NCBI GenBank assembly: GCA_027001995.1
Contig: JALTLO010000119.1
Span: 1 to 14,512 of the forward strand
Length of the DNA: 14,512 nucleotides
Reading direction: 5' to 3'
Source: Planctomycetota bacterium
GTDB taxonomy: Bacteria; Planctomycetota; GCA-002687715; DRQF01
Part shown: piece after piece, positions 7,663-14,512 of the stretch
Position numbering within the stretch: position 1 is the stretch's first letter
How the letters are laid out: every line of letters starts with the position of its first letter
The notes under the pieces: generated by a model
What the model saw: the letters and a program-made list of their open reading frames with translations, nothing else
What the model was told of the DNA's origin: nothing
The model's database searches: none
Made by a program: the position numbers and the translations under genes

Positions 7663-8772
7663 TCACGAAAGCGTGAAGGCTTGGCTTACTTTTTCGTCGC
7701 CATTGACGATGATGGCAATCTTGTGCTGGCCTTTGTGATGTTTGCGGGTGGATAGGTCGTGAAACTTGTGGCAGCGTTCAACGACTCGCAGAGAATCTTC
7801 GCTGTCAAACTCGCTGATCTTGAAGACCTTGGGGCTCAGAGTGCCATTCTTCTTGAGGTAATAAACAGCATACTCTAAGCGAATCTTGCCTAATCCTCCC
7901 TGGCAGTGAATTGAGAATGAGAAAGATAGCTCTCCGCCTCGTTTGATTCGGGCCGGGGCGAGTGCCAGATCTTTGACTTGGATGGCAGTGGGATTGCGAA
8001 AGCCGAACATTCGGAGTGCCCGTGAGTTTCCTTGCTTCAAGAGGGTTCGAAGGGCATGTTTGACCAGCTTGTTGCGGTTGCTGTTGTTTGGCTCTTCTTG
8101 GAGCCAACGAGCTGCGATGTTTAGGATAACTTCAGGATGGTCCTTGGAAATATCGTTGAGGTTGTTGGCCACGCTTCGCCGCACGTACTCTGAATCGTCG
8201 GATCGAAGTTCTTCTAGAATTGGAAGAATTGGCTGTGGGTCCTTCTTGAGGGTTGGCAGGGACATGGCCCAGGGCAAGCGAGGGCGGCATCCTTCACTGG
8301 CTAACCTACGAACATGCTCGTTCTTGTTCTTGGTCCAAGCGAGCATGACTTTCAACATGCGCTCTTGGTTTTGGATAATCATGGGGCGAACGGCGAATTC
8401 TGAGCTGGAGTATTGAGTGTAGCGTGCCAGCGCCTTGCAGACTGGATGCCAGTTCTTTGATTCGTTCTCGGCGAACTTCAGGGCGACGAATTCTGGGAAG
8501 AACATGGCCAAATAACCATCGAAATGACTTACCGCTTGATCAACGATTTTGATGGCAGATGAAAAGCCTGATGGCAAGAAAGCAACTATGGAATTTGCGA
8601 TCCGATACATGCGATCTTTGAGTTCCAAGTCATTCCAAGGTGCTTGAAGTACGTTGTCGATGAATCCTTCCTGATCAAAGTTTTCATAGACATCCGCCAA
8701 AGCCTGGCTCAGTTTCCGAATGTAAGCCTTGTCATAACCGAACTTGAGGGGGGTGAATTTCTTGTCAGACAT
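7663..8772 (-). CDS. alkC: HEAT-repeat alkylpurine DNA glycosylase, AlkC-like, with a C-terminal Ig-like domain
   Basis: Motifs LELKDRM, SSEFAVRP, HVRRLASEGCRPRLPW, DDSEYVRRSVANNLNDISKDHP, HALRTLLKQG, and a beta-rich C-terminus (LEYAVYYLKKNG..KVFK..STRKHHKGQHKIAIIVNG). Start ATG 8772 preferred; ATG 8814 is in frame. Confidence 0.88.
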   Translation of the reverse strand: MSDKKFTPLKFGYDKAYIRKLSQALADVYENFDQEGFIDNVLQAPWNDLELKDRMYRIANSIVAFLPSGFSSAIKIVDQAVSHFDGYLAMFFPEFVALKFAENESKNWHPVCKALARYTQYSSSEFAVRPMIIQNQERMLKVMLAWTKNKNEHVRRLASEGCRPRLPWAMSLPTLKKDPQPILPILEELRSDDSEYVRRSVANNLNDISKDHPEVILNIAARWLQEEPNNSNRNKLVKHALRTLLKQGNSRALRMFGFRNPTAIQVKDLALAPARIKRGGELSFSFSIHCQGGLGKIRLEYAVYYLKKNGTLSPKVFKISEFDSEDSLRVVERCHKFHDLSTRKHHKGQHKIAIIVNGDEKVSQAFTLS

Positions 8773-8798
8773 GTGTTTGGTGGGGGGGGGGGAAGAGA

Positions 8799-8831
8799 CT
8801 CCCCGGGCATTCATATTGATACCCCGGGGAG
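8799..8831 (-). terminator. GC-rich hairpin after the AOR stop (weak terminator or RNA stability element)
   Basis: CTCCCCGGG / CCCGGGGAG inverted repeat 8 nt after the stop at 8840. The minus-strand tail TCTCTT is a poor U-tract. Confidence 0.45.
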
Positions 8832-8839
8832 AATGCGGA

Positions 8840-11473
8840 TTAGATGCCTTCTTCGATGAGCATTTTGTCGAGGGTTTCTGTCACCTTGCCTTGTAACTCT
8901 GCAAAGAACTCGGGAGTGTTGAAGTGCTCCATTTTCATGTGCTCTTGTTTCTTTAGGGCGTCTGCTGGCATGGCGTAGTCCAAGTCCGTGAAGCCTTGTT
9001 TCTTCTCCAAACGATAGCCTCGCAAGAAGGTGCGCATGACAACGCGCTGCAATTCTTCTTCGGTTATTTTGAGGTCAGAGAGGGCACCTAAGGCCATAGT
9101 CATGTGCTCGTCGCACATGGCAGCGAACTTGCAAACGCCGATTAAGTCGTCGCGCATGATCATGGGGCCCCGCTTGGTTATCGCATCCACCCAGTAATCC
9201 ATGCCGGACTCTTTTTCGAAAACGTAGAGCAAATAAGTCTTCATGGACATATGGCCACCGGCCAAAGCCCAAGGATAGCCGGGATTGACGTGGGGCATGT
9301 AGGCTGGGAACTCCATGCCTTTGCAATGCATGGCGTAGTCAGTTTCCCCCAAGGCTTCAGACAAGCGCTTGGTCCCCTGCCCTAGAACAGGCAATTTCCC
9401 TCGCCCGATTTCTTCGATGGCCCGCTTGGTGCCTTCGAAGTTGCCGTATTCGATGTAATCAGGAAGGATCGAGGAAAGTTCAGCATCCTTGCGGCGTTTG
9501 TTGTATTCCATGGCATAGGCCAAAGTGACACCAATAGAGATGGAATCCATGCACAGGTCATCGACCAACTCCACTAATACAGCTGCTTCCCCAATGTCGT
9601 AGATGCCGATGTTCGACGAGAGCAGGTTGAGAGGTTCGTAGTCAAATTTGGCGTGGTATTTGCCTTTCTTGCCGTCTTCGTTGGTGTACATGTTCTTGTG
9701 ACAAGCGATTCCACAGGCGTAGCAGGCTTCATCTTTGATCAGATACTTGCCTTCTTTTTCGACCTCTTCCCGCCACAACTGCCGCGAGACCTCTGTGCCT
9801 GTGGGGTTGAAGTTGTATTCGGGCATGGCATTGAGAGGATCCAAGGCAATCATGTTGGCCCAAGTACCCCCGCCACCATCGCCTTTTTTCTTGTCGCGGA
9901 ACCGACGGCTACCTTCGCCCCTGGCCACCCATTGGTTCATCTCTTTAAGACCATCGACTTTTTCTTTCTTTGGGTCTTTGACATCGGCCACGATGCCCAA
10001 GAGGTTCTTTGATCCCATGACCCCGCCGATGCCCCCACGTCCACAGAAACGACTTTTCATGTCTCCGCTACGCAGTTGGTTCATGGTCGAAAGAGCAATG
10101 GCCGCATAATTCACGCTGTCGTAGTTTTCACCAGCGGGCCCGACCACGGCGAACTGACCTTCTGGGTATTTGCTGTAGAGGTGTTGGATCTTCTCGTTGG
10201 CAGGTTTGTCCTGAAGGTGTCTGCCATTTTCGAATGTGAAGGTGGGTTCTGTGGCTCCGTCTTCCAAATGAATATGTAGGTAGACCGGCATCACTGCGCG
10301 ACCTTTGAAAATGACTTCGTCGATTCCCAGGGATCGCAGCTTGGTACCGAATTTGCCGGACCCCGCTGTCCACATGGCGCTGGGTTTGTTTTCCAATGAA
10401 GATTTGAGTGGCGAATAAGCATGGAAGTAGGTGCGTAAGGCGGTCATGAATTGGCTACCGCTTAGACACCCCAAGTTCAGGACTAATGGGGCCTCCGGAG
10501 CATAAGCATCGTCAACGTCGTAGTTCTCCAAGATCTTGAAGCCCCGAGCAGCACCTCCCAAAACGTCTTCTAAATCTTCACATTGGAAGGGGATGTGTTT
10601 GACGGTATAGGTCGAAAGGTCAATCTCGTAGCGGTTGACGGTAAATTCCTTCGGCTCCTTGGTCCCGGCTTTCATGGGGGGGATTTCAGGGAGACTTGCT
10701 TTCTTCGCTTTCGGAGCTGGTTTTTCTGAGGCTTCATCGGCCTTGGGAGTTTCTGTCTTTTCCGTCGCCGGTTCGTCCGGCGCTTGGGGCTTAGGAGGGA
10801 CAACGACCTTTTGAGCCTCTGTGGGTTCTTCCGTCGCTGCTACTTTTTCTGGGGCCGATGGGATTGTCTGCTGTGCTTCCGTCGTTTTTTCTTTGACGGG
10901 TTGGGGGGCATCGCTTACCGGGGACTCTTGTGCCTCGGTGACACTTTCGTCGGGCACCTTTGGGGCCAGGGGGGCCGGTGTGACGGATTCTGGTTTCGGT
11001 TGTTGCGGTGTGACGGATTCTGGTTTGGAAAGCTGGGTTGCGTCGTCTTTGGCTTCGTCAATTGGAGTCTGCGTTTGGGCTGCAGCTTCTCCATAAGGGT
11101 GAATGGGTTGAGGTTCGGTTTTTGTGCCCCTGGGAGCAGCTGCTTTTTCCGTTTTCGCGTTCTTGGCGGAGGGCTTCATGATGACTTCAATGGCACACTT
11201 GCCAAGCATCAATTTGAGGCCATGGCCTAAGCGGTGCTGTTCTCCCTTCGAGAGGGCAGGGCCATCTTCGATACGAGTCTTGTTGGAGCTCCCCAAGTCT
11301 TGAATGGCAACGCCTTCGCCTTCGGCAACGATTTGGGCATGGCGGCCGGATGAGTTGGGATCCATGATGACAATGTCGCAACGAGGGTCGCGGCCAATTT
11401 TCATACCCACCCTAATGCGCTCTTCGCGGCTCGGTTGACCGGCTTCCGTGATCTTGAAAATGATCTCAGTCAT
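8840..11473 (-). CDS. Fusion protein: N-terminal FHA domain, Pro/Glu/Lys/Ala/Thr-rich linker, and tungsten/molybdopterin aldehyde:ferredoxin oxidoreductase (AOR family)
   Basis: 877 aa with AAGGAG 5 nt upstream. FHA aa 1-99: IGRDPRCDIVI..SSGRHAQI..QDLGSSNKT. AOR from about aa 277: GPAGEN, GRGGIGGVMGSKNL, CYACGIAC (CxxCxxxC), DYEP, DDLCMDSIS, MHCKGMEFPAY, DLIGVCKF (fourth cluster Cys). Confidence 0.93.
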   Translation of the reverse strand: MTEIIFKITEAGQPSREERIRVGMKIGRDPRCDIVIMDPNSSGRHAQIVAEGEGVAIQDLGSSNKTRIEDGPALSKGEQHRLGHGLKLMLGKCAIEVIMKPSAKNAKTEKAAAPRGTKTEPQPIHPYGEAAAQTQTPIDEAKDDATQLSKPESVTPQQPKPESVTPAPLAPKVPDESVTEAQESPVSDAPQPVKEKTTEAQQTIPSAPEKVAATEEPTEAQKVVVPPKPQAPDEPATEKTETPKADEASEKPAPKAKKASLPEIPPMKAGTKEPKEFTVNRYEIDLSTYTVKHIPFQCEDLEDVLGGAARGFKILENYDVDDAYAPEAPLVLNLGCLSGSQFMTALRTYFHAYSPLKSSLENKPSAMWTAGSGKFGTKLRSLGIDEVIFKGRAVMPVYLHIHLEDGATEPTFTFENGRHLQDKPANEKIQHLYSKYPEGQFAVVGPAGENYDSVNYAAIALSTMNQLRSGDMKSRFCGRGGIGGVMGSKNLLGIVADVKDPKKEKVDGLKEMNQWVARGEGSRRFRDKKKGDGGGGTWANMIALDPLNAMPEYNFNPTGTEVSRQLWREEVEKEGKYLIKDEACYACGIACHKNMYTNEDGKKGKYHAKFDYEPLNLLSSNIGIYDIGEAAVLVELVDDLCMDSISIGVTLAYAMEYNKRRKDAELSSILPDYIEYGNFEGTKRAIEEIGRGKLPVLGQGTKRLSEALGETDYAMHCKGMEFPAYMPHVNPGYPWALAGGHMSMKTYLLYVFEKESGMDYWVDAITKRGPMIMRDDLIGVCKFAAMCDEHMTMALGALSDLKITEEELQRVVMRTFLRGYRLEKKQGFTDLDYAMPADALKKQEHMKMEHFNTPEFFAELQGKVTETLDKMLIEEGI
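10976..11026. repeat. 21-bp perfect direct repeat with 30-bp period in the FHA-AOR linker (KPESVTP x2)
   Basis: CGGTGTGACGGATTCTGGTTT at 10976-10996 and 11006-11026. Confidence 0.92.
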
Positions 11474-11494
11474 GAGAACTCCTTAAATGGAAAG

Positions 11495-11520
11495 ATCGAC
11501 GCCGCGTTTGCGACGTCGAT
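11495..11520 (-). terminator. Intergenic hairpin between the ThDP enzyme gene and the FHA-AOR gene (terminator, attenuator or stability element)
   Basis: Minus strand ATCGACGTCGC-AAAC-GCGGCGTCGAT: 11-bp stem with one G-U, followed by CTTTCCATTT and then the AAGGAG RBS. Confidence 0.55.
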
Positions 11521-11610
11521 TCAAACCTTCTACTCACCGATGGGGGCTCTAATTCCAACGTATTCGCCACCAGGCCCTCGATGAGTTCCTTAGATCCCAG
11601 GTCCTAACGA

Positions 11611-13254
11611 TCAGAGCTTGCAGGTGATCGAACCCAGTTTCTCCGTCAGTTTGCTGTTTTCGCTGTAGTCGACAGGCATCACAATAACCGCCGGACCGTC
11701 TTTCGTGAATGCCTCTTCTAAAGTCGATTTGAGGTCGCGAGAATTCTCGACCCGAGCCCCCCAGCAGCCGAAGGATTCTGCCAGCTTCACCCAATCTGGG
11801 TTGGTGAAATTGAGCTCAGAATGGCGGCCAAAGGTGTTTTCTTGCTTCCACTTGATGAGCCCATAGTGGTGATCTTCCCACACCATGACCACGATGTTCA
11901 GTTTACGTCTGGCGGCAGTTTCCAAGTCTTGGATGTTCATCAGGACCCCAGCGTCGCCGTTAATGCAGAGGACTTTGCGGTCTGGGAAGACGGTCTTGGC
12001 GGCCATAGCCCCAGGAAGAGCGAATCCCATGGTGCAGAATCCGTTGGAGATAAGGCAGGTATTGGGCTCGTCGCATTGATAATAGCGTCCGATCCACATT
12101 TTGTGAGCACCCACATCCGAAAGCAGGATATCGTCCGGGCCCATGACTTCGCGGACGTCGTAGAGTGCCTTTTGGGGTTTGATGACACCTTCTGTGTTGT
12201 CATTGGCGAACTCATTGAGGTCTTTGAGCATCGCCTCCCGCAAAGGTGCCATCTTGCTGATGTCAAAGAGGGGCTCCGAGGGGAGAATGTCATTCAAGTT
12301 CCACAAGGAATCGGCGATGTCCGCGACGATTTCGACATCCACATTGTAGGCTGCTTCCACTTCTGCTGATTCGAAGTCGATATGGATGATTTTCTTGTCC
12401 CGGCCGCTATTCCAAAATTGAGGATGGTATTCCACCAGATCGTAGCCCACAGCCATGATAAGGTCGGCTTTCTCCATTTCACAGCTAATGTGGTCTCTGG
12501 ACTGTAACCCCATGGTGAATAGGCAGTGAGGATCGTCCCGGGGGATCACACCTTTTCCCATGAAGGTGCTGACGACGCCAATGCCGCTTTTCTTAGCGAA
12601 TTCTCGAAGTTGGGCCACTGCTCGTTTCCTCAGAGAACCGTTTCCTGCCAAGACAATGGGGTGTTTGGCGGCTTTCAGCAATTCCATGGCCTGGGCCACG
12701 GCTTTGTGGTCTGCCCCTGGACGACGGACTTTTCTGGGAATCATGGGCTCCATGTCGAGCTCAAGCTTGGCGATGTCTTCGGGGAGCTCGATGTGGCAGG
12801 CACCGGGCTTTTCTGCTTGGGACACCTTAAACGCCTTGCGGACGACTTCAGGGATGTTGGTCCGGTGGACGATGCTGAAGTTCCATTTCGTCACGGGCTT
12901 GAACATGGCAACCACGTCCATGTTTTGGTGGGATTCTTTATGTAGGCGTTTGGTGTCTGCCTGCCCGGTGAGGACGACCATGGGGGCACGGTCCATGTTA
13001 CCGTCAGCAACTCCTGTGATGAGGTTGGTTGCACCTGGGCCCAAGGTGCCCAGGCAAACCCCGGCACGTCCAGTGAGCCGCCCATAGACGTCGGCCATAA
13101 AGGCCGCAGCTTGCTCATGGCGACAAAGAACGAAATCAATATTCGATTCTTCAAGGGAAATCATGATGTCTGCGTTTTCTTCCCCGGGCAGACCAAAGAT
13201 GTACTCGACACCTTCCGCTTCCAAGCACTTGACGAATAGATCTGATGCCTTCAT
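11611..13254 (-). CDS. ThDP-dependent acetolactate synthase large-subunit-like protein, resembling the clade of cyanobacterial 2-oxoglutarate decarboxylase
   Basis: 547 aa with AGGAG RBS. GVEYIFGLPGEEN, RHEQAAAFMADVYGRLTG (catalytic Glu), TLGPGATN, HKESHQ, SDVGAHKMW, CLISNGF, GDAGVLMN..WEDHHYGLIKWKQ (ThDP motif variant), PVDYSEN. No small regulatory subunit or ilvC nearby. Confidence 0.93.
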   Translation of the reverse strand: MKASDLFVKCLEAEGVEYIFGLPGEENADIMISLEESNIDFVLCRHEQAAAFMADVYGRLTGRAGVCLGTLGPGATNLITGVADGNMDRAPMVVLTGQADTKRLHKESHQNMDVVAMFKPVTKWNFSIVHRTNIPEVVRKAFKVSQAEKPGACHIELPEDIAKLELDMEPMIPRKVRRPGADHKAVAQAMELLKAAKHPIVLAGNGSLRKRAVAQLREFAKKSGIGVVSTFMGKGVIPRDDPHCLFTMGLQSRDHISCEMEKADLIMAVGYDLVEYHPQFWNSGRDKKIIHIDFESAEVEAAYNVDVEIVADIADSLWNLNDILPSEPLFDISKMAPLREAMLKDLNEFANDNTEGVIKPQKALYDVREVMGPDDILLSDVGAHKMWIGRYYQCDEPNTCLISNGFCTMGFALPGAMAAKTVFPDRKVLCINGDAGVLMNIQDLETAARRKLNIVVMVWEDHHYGLIKWKQENTFGRHSELNFTNPDWVKLAESFGCWGARVENSRDLKSTLEEAFTKDGPAVIVMPVDYSENSKLTEKLGSITCKL

Positions 13255-13324
13255 CTTTCTCTCCTAAGATCGAAACCCCTCAGTCGAGGTTTCCCGTTCC
13301 TGTATTTCTGGGTCCTGAGCCCCC

Positions 13325-13372
13325 TTGGCGTATTTGATTAGATAGGCGTAAACTATTTAATCCCAATTGGGA
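13325..13372 (+). promoter_or_regulatory. Divergent promoter region with sigma70-like boxes and a perfect 12-bp palindrome
   Basis: TTGGCG-N18-TAAACT (13325-13354) or TTGATT-N16-TTTAAT (13334-13361). TCCCAATTGGGA at 13361-13372. Confidence 0.35.
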
Positions 13373-13421
13373 AGGCTGTGGTCATGATTGAGAGCCCAAA
13401 GGTATTGGAGGACGGTGAGTT

Positions 13422-13892
13422 ATGGAGATGCTCAAGACGCTCTTTCTTCCTAAGCAACTGAACCAGGACTTGCTGTCTATGAGTCAGCTTCACGCCCCCC
13501 AAGAGGCCTGTGGATTGCTCCTTGGCAAGCGGAACAGCGCTGATGCCGCGGTGGATCAATTCATACCACTTTCCAATGAGGCATCTGAAGTCGACCGATT
13601 TCGCATTGACCCCAGGGATTACCGAGAAATAGAGCGGCGAGCCTTGGTTTGTCAAAAGGAAATCTTGGGCGTGTTTCATTCTCATCCTCAGGGGCGTTCT
13701 GCCCCTTCCACCACGGATTTGCGCCATGCCCGGGACTCTTGGGGTGCGGGATGTAGCTGGGTCTATGTGATTTGTGGCTTAGAAGAACGGGACGGCGAAG
13801 AAATCCGTAGCTGGCAACTGAGAAAAGGAGTGTTTACGCCAGTTTTAACGGGGATTTCCGGTGTAAGTGGTGAATTTTTGCATGGGTATTAA
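13422..13892 (+). CDS. JAMM/MPN+ (Mov34, M67 family) zinc metallopeptidase
   Basis: 156 aa with GGAGG upstream. PQEACGLLLG (catalytic Glu), FRIDP, and the complete JAMM motif GVFHSHPQGRSAPSTTD. Confidence 0.92.
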   Translation: MEMLKTLFLPKQLNQDLLSMSQLHAPQEACGLLLGKRNSADAAVDQFIPLSNEASEVDRFRIDPRDYREIERRALVCQKEILGVFHSHPQGRSAPSTTDLRHARDSWGAGCSWVYVICGLEERDGEEIRSWQLRKGVFTPVLTGISGVSGEFLHGY

Positions 13893-14002
13893 CCCAGTGA
13901 TTGAAAGGTCGTCCACCTTTGGCAAGATACTCTATCGGGTATGTCATGGCCTTCCATGGAACATGCCTCCGACTTCATTCGCACATCCTGGAGATTTCGA
14001 CC

Positions 14003-14512
14003 ATGCAACGCACTTGCCGCCTCGTGGCTTTGGTCTTGGCATTATTTGCCATGCCGGTTTTCGCTCAGCAGACAACCTTTACCTTTGACCTCGACGCTGC
14101 CCAAGTGGCCGGCGGAGGCTCAACTTCTACCGCCATCGGCAAAGCATTCGTGACTTTGGATGCTGGTGACCTGGTTACAATCACAGTGCATCACAATGTC
14201 CCTGGCGCAGCGCTGATCACTTTGGAAACTGGCGCTCCTGGAACGAGTGGTCCCATTTACAATTTGTTCAACATTGCCGCGAGTCCGGCTAAGGCATCCA
14301 TGACCTTGTTTACGGCTGCAGACGCAACAATGATGTTGGCAGATGGTTTCTACCTTCAGATTTATGGCCCAGGCGGCATCACACCAATCATTCGTGGTCA
14401 AATCACCAACGGTTTCCCTGGCCAGGTGTTTATCTCCGAGTGGTGCAATGATCCGATTCCACCCGCAGCCTCTGTGGGCATTGACACCAACTTGGATGGT
14501 GTCCTGCCCACC
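14003..14512 (+). CDS. Secreted multidomain protein: degenerate CHRD-like domain followed by the start of a lamin-tail-like domain; truncated by the window end
   Basis: Not in the ORF track; translated manually. ATG 14003 with GGAG upstream, signal peptide MQRTCRLVALVLALFAMPVFA-Q, then FDLDAAQV..STAIGKAFVTL..GAPGTSGP..LADGFYLQI..IRGQI, then VFISEWCNDP..DTNLDG. Open for 170 codons to the edge. Confidence 0.85.
   Translation, partial: MQRTCRLVALVLALFAMPVFAQQTTFTFDLDAAQVAGGGSTSTAIGKAFVTLDAGDLVTITVHHNVPGAALITLETGAPGTSGPIYNLFNIAASPAKASMTLFTAADATMMLADGFYLQIYGPGGITPIIRGQITNGFPGQVFISEWCNDPIPPAASVGIDTNLDGVLPT

Noticed and set aside
8773..8814. Longer AlkC start (MNARGVSSPPPTKH)
   Set aside because: It lies within the hairpin and poly-C tract, has no RBS and looks non-homologous. 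Not fully excluded.
8840..10675. AOR as a separate gene starting at Met267
   Set aside because: No stop upstream in frame and no RBS before 10675, whereas 11473 has AAGGAG.
11611..13254. Calling this ilvB/ilvI of branched-chain amino acid synthesis
   Set aside because: No small subunit or ilvC adjacent, and the motifs fit the PGEEN/ESHQ decarboxylase-like clade, so the symbol is withheld.
2941..13727. Numerous antisense and alternate-frame ORFs in the track
   Set aside because: They are nested in or overlap well-supported genes and show no domain signatures; shadow ORFs.
13883..13961. Short palindromes (TGGGT-N4-ACCCA, AAAGGT-N5-ACCTTT, TTCCATGGAA) upstream of the last gene
   Set aside because: Arms of only 5-6 bp, unrelated to each other, and not distinguishable from chance.

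Overview
Ordinary-looking chromosomal window (no mobile element, CRISPR array, rRNA or tRNA seen), probably from a Planctomycetota-like bacterium. That assignment is an inference from the membrane-tethered giant ECF sigma factor and the style of the secreted proteins. It holds 9 credible CDSs: a partial beta-hydroxyacid dehydrogenase (-), a secreted beta-propeller protein (+), a 1133-aa ECF sigma factor with a transmembrane helix and a large C-terminal extension (+), a YheT-like alpha/beta hydrolase (+), an AlkC-like DNA glycosylase (-), an FHA-domain/aldehyde:ferredoxin oxidoreductase fusion (-), a ThDP-dependent acetolactate-synthase-like protein resembling cyanobacterial 2-oxoglutarate decarboxylase (-), a JAMM/MPN+ metallopeptidase (+) and a partial secreted CHRD-like protein (+). 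Two real genes that run off the window ends are missing from the supplied ORF track. The best candidate for an undescribed system is the co-directional pair of the ThDP 2-oxoacid decarboxylase-like gene and the FHA-linker-W/Mo-AOR fusion, with the divergent JAMM protease. It could be a decarboxylase-to-aldehyde-oxidation route under phosphothreonine control. Secondary candidates are a ~220-nt, G-U-rich structured RNA-like element at 6474-6691 and an ECF-type promoter embedded in a terminator just upstream of the sigma gene.
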